Shown: positions 19,425-29,323, numbered from the stretch's first letter. The stretch is 47,420 nucleotides of DNA from an uncultured Candidatus Saccharibacteria bacterium (GCA_964555255.1 CAZKRG010000003.1:1-47420), one strand, 5' to 3'. Notes: a model not told the origin generated them from the letters alone. Made by a program: numbers and translations.

Positions 19425-20101
19425 TTATCTTCGCCATAGTATTGGGATTCATTCCGGGACTCGTTTGGTTGGCATTTTACTTGAAAGAAGATCTCCATCC
19501 TGAACCCAAAAGACTTCTCCTGTATACCTTTCTTTCTGGAGCTTCGTTCTCGATATTCGCGCTAGCGCTACAACTTGGTCTTGATTTCTTCTTCCCAAAT
19601 TTGCAAATTACCAAACCCACCCCCCCTTTCACCTCGCTCATTCTCCTCGCCGCAATCGAAGAAAGTATCAAATTCGCCGCTGCCTTTATGGCAATTCATA
19701 AAAACCCCGAATTCGATGAACCTGTCGATGCCATGATTTATATGGTTGTCGCCGCCCTCGGATTCGCTACCGTGGAAAACATCGGCGTGCTCCAAGGAAT
19801 TACTTCTCGTCTCATTTTTTTTGGAGATGTGTTCCAAACCCTTTCGCTGCGTTTCGCAGGCGCCACGCTTCTCCATACTCTTTCCTCGGCACTTGTCGGC
19901 TATTTCTGGGCGATAAGTATTCGGGATTTTAATTCCTATCGATTTGTAGCGTGGGGACTCGCTCTGGCAACTACCTTGCACACCTTTTTCAATTACTTTA
20001 TAATTTTGAACAGGGGATTTGTGTATCCTATTATTTTACTTCTCACTGCCGGTTTTTTTATCATAAGCGACTTCGAAAGTTTGAACAAAAAAAGTATATG
20101 A
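19421..20101 (+). CDS. PrsW family intramembrane glutamic protease
   Basis: D.HPEP, IEESIK, ALGFATVEN, LLH and LHTFFN motifs. Confidence 0.9.
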   Translation: MIIFAIVLGFIPGLVWLAFYLKEDLHPEPKRLLLYTFLSGASFSIFALALQLGLDFFFPNLQITKPTPPFTSLILLAAIEESIKFAAAFMAIHKNPEFDEPVDAMIYMVVAALGFATVENIGVLQGITSRLIFFGDVFQTLSLRFAGATLLHTLSSALVGYFWAISIRDFNSYRFVAWGLALATTLHTFFNYFIILNRGFVYPIILLLTAGFFIISDFESLNKKSI

Positions 20102-20225
20102 GATACCAATATACTAATGCATGCGAATGATACAAATAATACTAATTTGATAAACAAATTCACTTTTCGTTATTCGTAATATTGGTATTATTAGTACAGA
20201 TTCGTATATTAGTATCTTAAATTCC

Positions 20226-20693
20226 ATGGCCGAAGAACAAGAAAATAAAAAGGAAAACGTAGACAGTGAAATCCCGCAGGAACCGGGAGTTACTATCGAG
20301 CTCACGAAAGCGGGAACGATGGCAACTCGGACGAAGGAAAAAGCAGTGGAAGACGATGAACCAGAAGGACAACTCACGGTAGACGTATACCAAACCCCTG
20401 GGGAAATCGTCATCGAATCAGCGGTTGCGGGAGTAAAACCCGAAGATCTCGATATCGATGTCACGAACGACTCCGTGACTATCCGCGGCAAGCGCCATCG
20501 AGAAAAAGAAATCAAAGACGAGGATTACATCTCCCGGGAATGCTACTGGGGACGATTCTCCCGTTCCATCATCCTCCCCCAAGAGGTAAATCCCGAAAAT
20601 GCGGAGGTTTCCTTCAAAAATGGCGTGCTTTCCATCCGACTCCCAAAACTTATACGAAGACGTTCTAAAAAATTGAAGATAAAAACAGAATAG
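20226..20693 (+). CDS. Hsp20/alpha-crystallin small heat-shock protein
   Basis: VDVYQT, AGVKPEDLDI, ECYWGRFSRSIILP, FKNGVLSIRLPK. Confidence 0.93.
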   Translation: MAEEQENKKENVDSEIPQEPGVTIELTKAGTMATRTKEKAVEDDEPEGQLTVDVYQTPGEIVIESAVAGVKPEDLDIDVTNDSVTIRGKRHREKEIKDEDYISRECYWGRFSRSIILPQEVNPENAEVSFKNGVLSIRLPKLIRRRSKKLKIKTE

Positions 20694-20788
20694 ACTGAAA
20701 ACTCATACCTAACAACTCATAACAGCAAAGGATTGCGAATTTCCCTGTTATAGGTTATAAGTTATTGGTTATTAGTTATTATATCCTT

Positions 20789-20986
20789 ATGCGTCAATGC
20801 GCAAAATGTGGTAAGGGATCAATCATACGCGGCAAACGGCGGCTGCTTCGAGGCCACTACAACCCGGTATCCCGTGCAAGAAAGTACCCTAACTTGCAAT
20901 GGGCACACGTGGATGGCATCCGTATGCGTATTTGCGTCTCCTGCCTCAGAACCCTCCATCGAAAGACGGAAGGAACCACTGCATAA
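20789..20986 (+). CDS. rpmB: 50S ribosomal protein L28
   Basis: MRQCAKCGKG...RKYPNLQ...RICVSCLRT (Zn-binding C4 type). Confidence 0.88.
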   Translation: MRQCAKCGKGSIIRGKRRLLRGHYNPVSRARKYPNLQWAHVDGIRMRICVSCLRTLHRKTEGTTA

Positions 20987-21005
20987 GAAAACCACTCTAA
21001 GACTC

Positions 21006-21040
21006 AAAATAGACCCCCCTCTACAAAGGGGTTTTATTTT
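21006..21040 (+). terminator. Intrinsic terminator after rpmB
   Basis: ACCCCC-TCTACAAA-GGGGGT stem followed by a T tract. Confidence 0.6.
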
Positions 21041-21126
21041 TATGGAGCCAATGCTACAATCGAAGTCGCAACTATCGCGTTCTGTGCCGGGCATCGCCCG
21101 CCATAGTTCACGCTAGCGAGCGACGG

Positions 21127-21197
21127 CGGGCCGTAGTATACCGGTAGTACGAGCGCATGGGGTGCGTTTAGACCGGGTTCGATTCCCGGCGGCCCGA
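21127..21197 (+). tRNA. tRNA-Pro (GGG)
   Basis: CGGGCCGTAGTATACCGGTAGTACGAGCGCATGGGGTGCGTTTAGACCGGGTTCGATTCCCGGCGGCCCGA cloverleaf. Confidence 0.93.
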
Positions 21198-21286
21198 CTG
21201 GGGAAGTGGTTTGACCTGTCCCGTTGTTTCCTCCAAGGAAACATTGCGGGGTTCCGTATGAACCAAAAATAACTCACCTAAAAACT

Positions 21287-21619
21287 ATGCATCTCACTGA
21301 TAAAAAATGTGTGGCCTGCGAGGGAGGAATTCCCCCGTTAAACGAACGCCAAGTAGCCCGATATCATAATGAAATTCCCGAGTGGACCGTAGTAGAAAAT
21401 AAAAAAATAAACCGTACGCTCGTCTTGAAAGACTTTGCGGAAGCCATGCAATTTGTGAATAAGGTGGCCGCGTGCGCGGAAGGAGAAGGACATCACCCCG
21501 ACATCACTATCTCCTGGAATAAGGTAACGCTCACCCTGACCACGCACGCGATCGGCGGACTTTCGGAAAATGACTTCATTATGGCAGCAAAAATCAACAA
21601 AATCCTCAATACTCAGTAA
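21287..21619 (+). CDS. Pterin-4-alpha-carbinolamine dehydratase
   Basis: KKCVACEGG, AEGEGHHPDI, THAIGGLSENDFIMAAKI. Confidence 0.92.
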   Translation: MHLTDKKCVACEGGIPPLNERQVARYHNEIPEWTVVENKKINRTLVLKDFAEAMQFVNKVAACAEGEGHHPDITISWNKVTLTLTTHAIGGLSENDFIMAAKINKILNTQ

Positions 21620-21826
21620 CGATGAATTACCATCAAAAAACCAAGCTGATGCTTGGCTCTTTGAAATCCCGCCCGATCGATTGCCTGGCCAACATCCAGG
21701 TGGTGGAACTGAGAGTATGCCCACGGGCATAATCGCCATCGTCCCTCCGAATCGAATTGTTTGATCCAGCATCGGAAGCGGGACACTTACACTATACCTC
21801 GTCATAGATGAAACGCAAATAAACAT

Positions 21827-22837
21827 ATGAACATCCATACTCGCCGGAATCTCTTCTATTTGTTTTGCCTTGCATTTCTTATCCTTGGAACAGGAACCGT
21901 ATTGTTCGCCCAAGGCTGGAGACTTGATCTCGGAACCTGGCGCATAAACAAAATCGGAGGAATCTTCATTCGAAGCAGCCCTCGAGATGCTTCTATCACC
22001 ATCGATACCATCCCCGTAAAAAATAACTCTTGGCTCCTTCAAAACGGAACGTTTATCAATAACCTCTTCCCCAAAACATATTTCCTTACCCTCGAAAAAC
22101 CGGGGTTTCACACATGGAAGCTACATGTTTCAGTGGCTCCTTCCTTAGTTTCAGAAATTTCCTACGCAGTACTCGTCCCCTCCGAACCCACCATCCTCCC
22201 CACCTCTACGCTTCCAAGAATATCTGCGACCTCATCCTCTTCGGAAATAAGCACCTCATCCCAATGGATTGCGAAAAGTATCGCCACAAACACGAGTTTC
22301 ACCCTTCTCATAAGCCAACGCGTTTCCGCCTCGAGCACCGATACAACGAGCACTCTCCCTTCTTTGTTGTTTAATTTCCGAAGTCCACTCGCTATACTCC
22401 AATGGAATGATCAAGGGGTATTAGGAATACTGGAACAAAATGGAACTCTATGGAGAATAGATCCGAACACATCGGAAAAACAAAAGATCGGAGATGATGT
22501 CATCCGCTTTTCTTGGAACAAGGACGGAAATAAAATCGCAGCGATAGAATACAATTCCTTAGAAATATTCGACCTTCAAAACCCGCGAGAGGGATACCGA
22601 CGATTTAATATTCCAGGGATCGGCACTGCAAAAGAAGCGCTGTGGTATTGGGATAATATGCACCTCTTCCTTGTATTTCCTTCCTCCACAAAATTCCTCG
22701 ACGTGAACGATGCAAATCTTGAAAATCTCGTGGAAGTCACCCCCACCGATACGGTTGTCTACGACCCGGATACAAATATCCTCTATGCGCGCCTTCCCAA
22801 AACCACCACGACCGCAGCTTTCCAGTTCCCTAAGTAG
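21827..22837 (+). CDS. Membrane-anchored PEGA-like protein with a propeller-like C-terminus
   Basis: TM helix then FAQGWRLD...GGIFIRSSPRDASITID...NLFPKTYFLTLEKPGFHTW. Confidence 0.7.
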   Translation: MNIHTRRNLFYLFCLAFLILGTGTVLFAQGWRLDLGTWRINKIGGIFIRSSPRDASITIDTIPVKNNSWLLQNGTFINNLFPKTYFLTLEKPGFHTWKLHVSVAPSLVSEISYAVLVPSEPTILPTSTLPRISATSSSSEISTSSQWIAKSIATNTSFTLLISQRVSASSTDTTSTLPSLLFNFRSPLAILQWNDQGVLGILEQNGTLWRIDPNTSEKQKIGDDVIRFSWNKDGNKIAAIEYNSLEIFDLQNPREGYRRFNIPGIGTAKEALWYWDNMHLFLVFPSSTKFLDVNDANLENLVEVTPTDTVVYDPDTNILYARLPKTTTTAAFQFPK

Positions 22838-22923
22838 AACAAGGCTCGCGCCGTATCCCTTTTGGGGCATGAACTGCAATGGTTTTCAAAATCTAGCACT
22901 AAGAGCAATACAACCGCAAATAT

Positions 22924-22953
22924 TTGACAATACTACTTTAGTTTAATAAAGTA
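22924..22953 (+). promoter_or_regulatory. Promoter with an overlapping palindromic operator (TACTTTA-N6-TAAAGTA)
   Basis: TTGACA 22924-22929, 17 nt, TAAAGT 22947-22952; palindrome at 22934-22953; ATG at 22959. Confidence 0.75.
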
Positions 22954-22958
22954 TTCTT

Positions 22959-23240
22959 ATGTGGCAAAATGAGAATCAAAAACAGCTCGTCCGAGCGGTG
23001 CTTGCATTGCAAACCGAAACGGAAACGCGGCAGTTTCTGCGCGATCTTTTGACCGAAGCTGAAATTGAAGAATTCGCAAATCGCCTCCAAGCCGCAGAAA
23101 TGCTCTCCGACGGAAAATCCTATACCGACGTGGAAAAAGCCACCGGCTTGAGTTCTACTACCGTTGCCCGGGTATCCAAATGGCTCCAACGCGGCGAAGG
23201 CGGGTATCGCACGATCCTTGCGCGGATTAAACCGAAATGA
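22959..23240 (+). CDS. TrpR-like YerC/YecD family transcriptional regulator
   Basis: FLRDLLTEAEIEEFANRLQAAEML...SYTDVEKATGLSSTTVARVSKWL...GGY. Confidence 0.92.
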   Translation: MWQNENQKQLVRAVLALQTETETRQFLRDLLTEAEIEEFANRLQAAEMLSDGKSYTDVEKATGLSSTTVARVSKWLQRGEGGYRTILARIKPK

Positions 23241-23803
23241 CAATGGTGCAAAAACTCTCAAGAAAAATCCAGATCGGAGTTATGGGTTCTGCGGCGGATC
23301 TACAATACTCACAGAACCTTGAGAAGCTTGCGGAGGAAACTGGCTATTGGGTCGCGAAAAAAGGAGCTACTCTCATTTTTGGTGCAGAGAAAGATTATGA
23401 TTCTCTTTCAACTGCTGCATGCCGGGGAGCAAAAAAAGCTGGCGGCCTCACCATCGGCATCACCTACGGGAAAGGATTTGAGATTTTTGAAAAAAGCAAT
23501 GTGGATGTAGTTATCGCTAGCGGACTGGAGCGTGGCGGAGGACGAGAATTTATTCTTATTTCTAGTTGTGATGCAATTATTACAATCAATGGCGGTTCCG
23601 GCACACTCACAGAGATTGCAATTGCATACCAAGCAAACATTCCGATTGTCGCTTTAAAAAAATCTGGCGGTTGGAGCGAAAAACTTGGAGGTCAATATCT
23701 CGACGGCAGAAAAAGAGTAAAGGTAGAACTTGCGAGAAATCCCAAAAACGCAGTCGATCTTGCCATTAAATTAGTGAAACAAAACTATGGTTCAAGAAAG
23801 TAA
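23237..23803 (+). CDS. LOG/SLOG-family (TIGR00725-like) nucleotide-binding protein
   Basis: IGVMGS, AACRGAKKAGGLTIGI, DAIITINGGSGTLTEIAIAY. Confidence 0.85.
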   Translation: MTMVQKLSRKIQIGVMGSAADLQYSQNLEKLAEETGYWVAKKGATLIFGAEKDYDSLSTAACRGAKKAGGLTIGITYGKGFEIFEKSNVDVVIASGLERGGGREFILISSCDAIITINGGSGTLTEIAIAYQANIPIVALKKSGGWSEKLGGQYLDGRKRVKVELARNPKNAVDLAIKLVKQNYGSRK

Positions 23804-24548
23804 AATTACTATCCTTTCTACTTTTGCAAAGGATAGTCTTTTAGATAGAAATAGCATGCTGATCAGGGAACAAAAAGGCGGCCCAGCTTTTTATATTAAA
23901 CAAGCGCTTGAGAACGAAGGGAAAAAAATCCTACTAAAAACTGGCCCTGAGATGAAAGTTCAAATTCTACTAACGAAAAACAGGGAACTCGGGAAAGTTC
24001 TTCAAAAATCAAGACCGGAACGTATTATATTCTCAAGAATCAACACACCCTTTTTGATAATTTCATCATTACTTGATGAATTTGAATTATCAAACCTTTC
24101 CAGGTTCAAAGGAAAGACATTTCTGGACATTCAGGGATATGTAAGGAATGGCAGTAACTTCGGCAAGAAAAGATACTGGAGGCCAAATAAGGAAATATTC
24201 ACCACAATTTTTTGTCTTAAAGGCACGCGAGAGGAACTGAATTACATACCCACCAGCTACATCAAAAAACAGAAAAAGAAAATTCTACTTACCACGAATA
24301 GCAAGTATGGCTGCGAAGTTTTTGCGTTTGGTAAACGCTCTGTCTTTAGACCCTCTAAGGTGATCAACGGCGAGAATACAATAGGAGCCGGTGATACATT
24401 CTTTGCGTATTTTGTTTCACGTTTTGCGAAAACAGATGATGCTTTTGATGCTGTAAAGTATGCCATGAACAGGACGTCGTCGTTCCTCTCCTCGCAAAAT
24501 TCTCATCATCACAACCAACTCTTCCGGGAAGAGATTGGCTGTAGTTAG
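23787..24548 (+). CDS. PfkB/ribokinase-family carbohydrate kinase
   Basis: GGPAFY, LDIQGYVR and NTIGAGDTF anion-hole motif. Confidence 0.85.
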   Translation: MVQESKITILSTFAKDSLLDRNSMLIREQKGGPAFYIKQALENEGKKILLKTGPEMKVQILLTKNRELGKVLQKSRPERIIFSRINTPFLIISSLLDEFELSNLSRFKGKTFLDIQGYVRNGSNFGKKRYWRPNKEIFTTIFCLKGTREELNYIPTSYIKKQKKKILLTTNSKYGCEVFAFGKRSVFRPSKVINGENTIGAGDTFFAYFVSRFAKTDDAFDAVKYAMNRTSSFLSSQNSHHHNQLFREEIGCS

Positions 24549-24650
24549 CGTACTCAATGGTGAGACATCTTATCACATCCAATCCCTTCCTAGAAGGGAT
24601 TAATCATTTTTAGGAAGGATAGCCATTTAACAATTAAAGAAAGGAAAGAC

Positions 24651-25367
24651 ATGAAAGATAATTCCGATATTCTGTTCTTGACGGCCACGCACGGCGATGA
24701 GGGATTTGCGGTGCCCGTACTTAAAAAGCTGGAGAAAGAATTTCCCCGACTTCACTGGCTTATCGCCAATGAGCGAGCTTTCGAAGGAAACGTGAGATTT
24801 GTGGACAAAGACCTTAATAGATGTGCGCCCGGCAACTTGAATTCGGCATTTTACGAAATTCGGCGAGCGAGCGAACTACTCAAAATAGCTAAGCGGCATC
24901 GTTTTGTGATCGACATTCATGGAACGGTTTCCACTTCGGGCATCTTTGTCCTCGTACCAGATCCTACACCACCTAACATTGCATTAGCCGCTTCTCTACC
25001 GATAACCAACGTGGTTATTTGGGCAGCAAGGGCATCGGAAAAGTCGGGTCCCATCACACAATTCGTTAAATGTGGGATGGAAATCGAATGTGGACCTAAA
25101 GATTCTCCGAATGTCCGGATCCAATTGCGAAAGATTCTTCGGGATCTTCTCTCAAATAAATTCGAACTCAACCCTGTGCATAAACAAAATTGGTTCAGGG
25201 TATACGGAAAAGTCGCAAAGGAGAAAACAGACGCTCGGAACTTACGAGATTTCGAGCAAGCGAAAGTTGACGAAGAAGTGTTTTATCCGCTTCTCGTTGG
25301 CCAATATAAGGATATTGCCTGCTACAAGATGAAACAGGTAAGTTTCTGGAATCTTCTCGCATATTGA
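24651..25367 (+). CDS. Succinylglutamate desuccinylase/aspartoacylase (M14-like) hydrolase
   Basis: THGDE, DLNR, IDIH and EIECG motifs. Confidence 0.88.
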   Translation: MKDNSDILFLTATHGDEGFAVPVLKKLEKEFPRLHWLIANERAFEGNVRFVDKDLNRCAPGNLNSAFYEIRRASELLKIAKRHRFVIDIHGTVSTSGIFVLVPDPTPPNIALAASLPITNVVIWAARASEKSGPITQFVKCGMEIECGPKDSPNVRIQLRKILRDLLSNKFELNPVHKQNWFRVYGKVAKEKTDARNLRDFEQAKVDEEVFYPLLVGQYKDIACYKMKQVSFWNLLAY

Positions 25368-25378
25368 AAGAAAATACT

Positions 25379-26305
25379 ATGAAAAAGAATGACGAACCAT
25401 ATGTAGTTTCTGCCGACCTGGCAATTCTCACGGGACGCTGGTGCACAAAAAGTGGATTTGTATGCCCCGATCAAATCGTATTTGACGAATTGCGATGCGA
25501 CTTCTCACACCACATGAAAACGATGTTCCCCAACTTCGTTCTCCTGCCCGAATGGCGGCTGAAGGAGGGATTCTGGCAATTCGCATCCGGAAATAAACTT
25601 CCGCTCGTATCTCTTGAACGTGTATATGACGTAAAGTCTCCGGAACATTTGCGGTTAGACTGCTGCCGCGGAGAAGAGCATACTGGCGGAGGCATAATGG
25701 GAAGGGCCGGTTTCGACTTATGGAACGAACTGCAAAAACTTCGCCGCGCGGTCCCCTCAAATCTCGAAGGTATTGCCATTTGGGACGACGTTCTCTATAG
25801 CGGCTCCCTGATGGAAAAGGTACTACAACTCCTCCTGAAGGAATTTATTCGGGTAAAGCATGTCTTCGTGGGAGTTGGAGTACAAACCGTGGACGGCCTC
25901 CGAGGTGGATGCACGAAATTGCGCGAGGCAGGAGTTTCCGTCAAATGCATCTACGAATACGAAAGCGTCATCGACCAGGTCTGCGAAAGGGATTTCTACC
26001 CCGGCATTCTTTTCGGTGGGCGCTCAATTCGAGGAAATGAAAACTTCTCCTACCCATATCTCTTGCCATTTGGAGATCCGCACCGATGGGCTTCGATCCC
26101 AAAAACACACGAAATCCGATTTTCGAGGTTCTGCATCGAACTCACGATCCGACTCTTCGAAGAAATAGAAAGATGCTCGGGAAGAAAAGTCTACACGCGA
26201 GACCTGGAAAGAAAAATGTTCCACTATCCAAAAGGAAAAGTGGCACTACCCAAGGGCAATATCCGCCACGTGGACGCCCTCAAGAAAGCGTATAAAACGC
26301 TCTAG
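25379..26305 (+). CDS. Hypothetical protein with a type I phosphoribosyltransferase-like loop
   Basis: IAIWDDVLYSGS resembles the PRPP-binding motif; last gene of the operon. Confidence 0.6.
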   Translation: MKKNDEPYVVSADLAILTGRWCTKSGFVCPDQIVFDELRCDFSHHMKTMFPNFVLLPEWRLKEGFWQFASGNKLPLVSLERVYDVKSPEHLRLDCCRGEEHTGGGIMGRAGFDLWNELQKLRRAVPSNLEGIAIWDDVLYSGSLMEKVLQLLLKEFIRVKHVFVGVGVQTVDGLRGGCTKLREAGVSVKCIYEYESVIDQVCERDFYPGILFGGRSIRGNENFSYPYLLPFGDPHRWASIPKTHEIRFSRFCIELTIRLFEEIERCSGRKVYTRDLERKMFHYPKGKVALPKGNIRHVDALKKAYKTL

Positions 26306-26309
26306 CACG

Positions 26310-26340
26310 GCCCTAGTGAGATATCTCACTAGGGCTTTTT
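26310..26340. terminator. Hairpin terminator between convergent gene blocks
   Basis: Perfect palindrome GCCCTAGTGAGATATCTCACTAGGGC followed by TTTTT. Confidence 0.75.
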
Positions 26341-26356
26341 GTCGCCAATATTTGAC

Positions 26357-26695
26357 CTACTGCAATTTACCTCCTAAGTCGACAGTTTTCTTCAGTGGCG
26401 TGATAAGCACCCAACCGTTACCGCTATTATTCTGAAACCCGAGCGTAAGAACTTCCGAAGCAAAATCGGCAATCCGCTTAGGTGGGAAATTGACAACACA
26501 ACAAACCAACACACCGAGCAACTCCTCTTTAGTATGCGCTCCGACTGCCTGTACGCTAGACACTTTCATTCCAATTTCCGGGCCAAAATCAATTTTGAGC
26601 TTAAACGCAGGTTTTCTGGCTTCGGGAAAATCTTGAACGTCAATAATTTTCCCCACTCTTATATCTACTTTGTCGAAATCTTCAAAGGTAATCAT
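26357..26695 (-). CDS. CsaA/Trbp111 tRNA-binding OB-fold protein
   Basis: ITFEDFDKVDIRVGKI, ARKPAFKL, VVNFPPKRIA..SEVLTLG. Confidence 0.92.
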   Translation of the reverse strand: MITFEDFDKVDIRVGKIIDVQDFPEARKPAFKLKIDFGPEIGMKVSSVQAVGAHTKEELLGVLVCCVVNFPPKRIADFASEVLTLGFQNNSGNGWVLITPLKKTVDLGGKLQ

Positions 26696-26720
26696 AAGTT
26701 AAGTATAGAGCTATTCCTCA

Positions 26721-27311
26721 CTATCTTTCCACCCTGAACATCTTCCCGTGGCCGGGAATAACGTAATCGGCAGTTTGGAGAATAAGATTCCTGCTTTCCT
26801 GGAGCGCACTCCAGTTTTTCATATAAGGATCGGCGTGTCGGAGTAAGTCTTCCTTGGTTGTCTCTTGCACTTCGCCCACGCGCCACCACCAGACATCTGC
26901 CGCCACCACCACCGTGCCAAGCTCTTTAGTTTCCGCCACCACCGCACAATGAAATTGGTCATGCCCGGGCACGTGGATAATTCTCATACTCGTCCCCGGC
27001 ACGAACCCTTGATGCGGCGCAATGGTACCATCCGCTGAATAGAGAGAATCATTATCCACCACCATCGCATGTTCAAACAGCGCGACCAGAAAACAATGAT
27101 CCATGTGCGTATGCGTCACCACGACATACTGAACATCGGCCGGCGTAAGCCCCTCTTTCTTCAACGCTAAAAGCAACTTCTCCTTATCCATTCCGGGATC
27201 CACAATCACATTGATTCCGTGTTCCTGAAGCAACGTCACCGTCGAAGACGCGTGCTCCACTCCATCGCGCGTCTCCGCATATCCCTCTACCAACACTTTA
27301 ACCGTGACCAT
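26721..27311 (-). CDS. MBL-fold metallo-hydrolase
   Basis: IVDPG, THTHMDH, PGH, AAD, IPGHG. Confidence 0.9.
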   Translation of the reverse strand: MVTVKVLVEGYAETRDGVEHASSTVTLLQEHGINVIVDPGMDKEKLLLALKKEGLTPADVQYVVVTHTHMDHCFLVALFEHAMVVDNDSLYSADGTIAPHQGFVPGTSMRIIHVPGHDQFHCAVVAETKELGTVVVAADVWWWRVGEVQETTKEDLLRHADPYMKNWSALQESRNLILQTADYVIPGHGKMFRVER

Positions 27312-27326
27312 GGGAGTATTTTATAC

Positions 27327-28693
27327 TTAGTAAATCCTTCGGGATAGTGTTCCTCCCAAAACCAGCTTCTGCGCCTTTCCGTTTTTGATTGCACTGAACT
27401 CCGCGATCTCATTCCCAGGAGCAAAAGTACTTTTACTTTTCACCACAAATTGGTGCCGAACTTTTTCGAGAATAAAAATCTCATTCTGTTTAAGAGGAGA
27501 ATCGCTCCGCACATCAAAACCAATGAGCGAGTCGCCGAATCGCGCGACCACCGTGTCACACCATACACTGCGGTATATTCCTTCGTATAGTTTAGGATTC
27601 ATCTTTCGACGCTGTCGATAGTGAGACGCTCTATCAGCAAAATCACAGATTCCCTCAAGAACACCTCGAGCAACATCACACGCCGGACTCCCCAGCGTAT
27701 TTGAGAGCACAACCACACCTATCTCACACGAAGGATCTAAAAGAATTTGGGAGGTAAATCCATTAAACCCTCCACTGTGGCCAATTACTTTCTTTCCGTG
27801 TACCTGTAGAATATCCAACCCAAGCCCATATTCTTCCCCATCTCCCGTTTTTTCATAAGGATGCATCATTTCCTTCCTAGCCTAGACTCTCTCGAAATAA
27901 TTGCACCGCGGCGTTCAAGAGAAAACACGGAAAGGAACCTGGCAAGATCAACAACATTCGATATAAATCCTGTTGCTGACATATAGGCATTTGTTTTGTA
28001 ATGAGGAAACTTTCTGCGCTTCGTATTTGGGAGCATCCTCCCATAGCCCGCCGCAAAGTAAGGCAACCCTTTGCGATAATCCGGAACAGTATTCCTCATG
28101 CGAAGTGGCCACAGAATATTCTCTTGAACATAGGATGCGTATGAAACTCCGCTGACCTTCTCAATAACCATTCCCAAAAGCGCAAACCCATAATTGCTAT
28201 ATTTAAAGCCCGTAAGGTTCTCCATTCTCAAGGATTTCCTTGAAAAAGAGAATTGCAAATCCTTGGGAAATTTTCCTGTTTCCCAAAGAGGAGTATCCCC
28301 ATCGCGAAATATGCCGGAAGCATGGGAAAGCAACTGGCGAATGGTGATATGGGCGGCATCACGCTCTCGAGTGTTAGTTCTGAACCAATCAAGGTGATGT
28401 ACGACCTTATCATCCAAACGAAGCTTGCCCCTCTCAACCAACTGCAACACCGCGAGCGCAGTGAAAACTTTTGAAATAGACGCGACGTGATAAAGCGTTT
28501 CCTCTGTAGCTCTGCGCCGCTGCTCAACATCGGCGAATCCGATTCCTTTTTGATAGACAAGAGTTCCTTTATAAGTAATCCCCAGGGATACGCCCGGGAC
28601 GTGCTCATACTGAATTTTAAGTGGCAACCAAAGATCAATAAGGTGACTGACCTGTCTGATTGATTCAGAAAAATTCATGTATTCAGTATACAA
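27327..28693 (-). pseudogene. Beta-lactamase class C-like serine hydrolase, frameshifted
   Basis: SISK and YSN in 27866-28693 and HSG in 27327-27869; the two halves are joined by a CCTAG tandem duplication at 27876-27885. Confidence 0.85.
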
Positions 28694-28767
28694 AAATCAG
28701 ATTAGCTCATTAAGAAGATAGACAAAACAGCCCCAAGCTGTTTCCCAATTTCTTGCCTGCGGCTCTC

Positions 28768-29286
28768 TCACCGTTTCGCCAATGCTTCCTTAAGTAGAGT
28801 CAGATCTCGTAGTTGTATGAACTTACCTTCGTAATCCTCGACTGGCACTTCGCCTTCTAATGTCTTGATAGCATTTTCGATGCTCATCCATATTGGCTCG
28901 AATCCATCAGCGATTTCGTCTTCTTCAAAGTCGGGCATACCTTTTCCACCATCTAGATCAGCAAGGAAGCAGTAGGACACCTGACGCAATGCCCATTGGT
29001 TCCGATATTCTTCTATTTCTCCAAGCTCGCAGACGTTCTTAACCGCACAGCCGATTTCCTCCATTAACTCTCGTCGTAGCGCAGTTTCAATATCCTCATT
29101 TCGCTCAACTCCACCACCAGGCAGTTTATGAAAGTGCTTCTTGGTGGCATGGAGGAGCGCAACTTCACCATCCGCATCAAAAACAACCGCACGACTTGCT
29201 TTACGTTCTTGCTGAACTGCGCAGTCCGGGAAACCTCCGTCTACATCACTATCACGTATAGTTTTTAGTAATTTCATAAACTCCAT
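28768..29286 (-). CDS. NUDIX hydrolase
   Basis: Nudix box GGGVERNEDIETALRRELMEEIG. Confidence 0.92.
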   Translation of the reverse strand: MEFMKLLKTIRDSDVDGGFPDCAVQQERKASRAVVFDADGEVALLHATKKHFHKLPGGGVERNEDIETALRRELMEEIGCAVKNVCELGEIEEYRNQWALRQVSYCFLADLDGGKGMPDFEEDEIADGFEPIWMSIENAIKTLEGEVPVEDYEGKFIQLRDLTLLKEALAKR

Positions 29287-29294
29287 CTTATCAC

Positions 29295-29323
29295 AAAAAC
29301 AGCTCCATCGCTGGAGCTGTTTT
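29295..29323 (-). terminator. Intrinsic terminator after rpsI
   Basis: AAAACAGCTCCA-TCGC-TGGAGCTGTTTT. Confidence 0.75.

Noticed and set aside
21200-21260. GCGGGGTTCCGT as the DGR variable-repeat end
   Set aside because: The upstream bases do not match the non-adenine positions of the TR; I found no VR in the window.
21620-21826. Small gene between the dehydratase and PEGA-like genes
   Set aside because: Several short frames are possible, but none has a clear start or recognisable motif.
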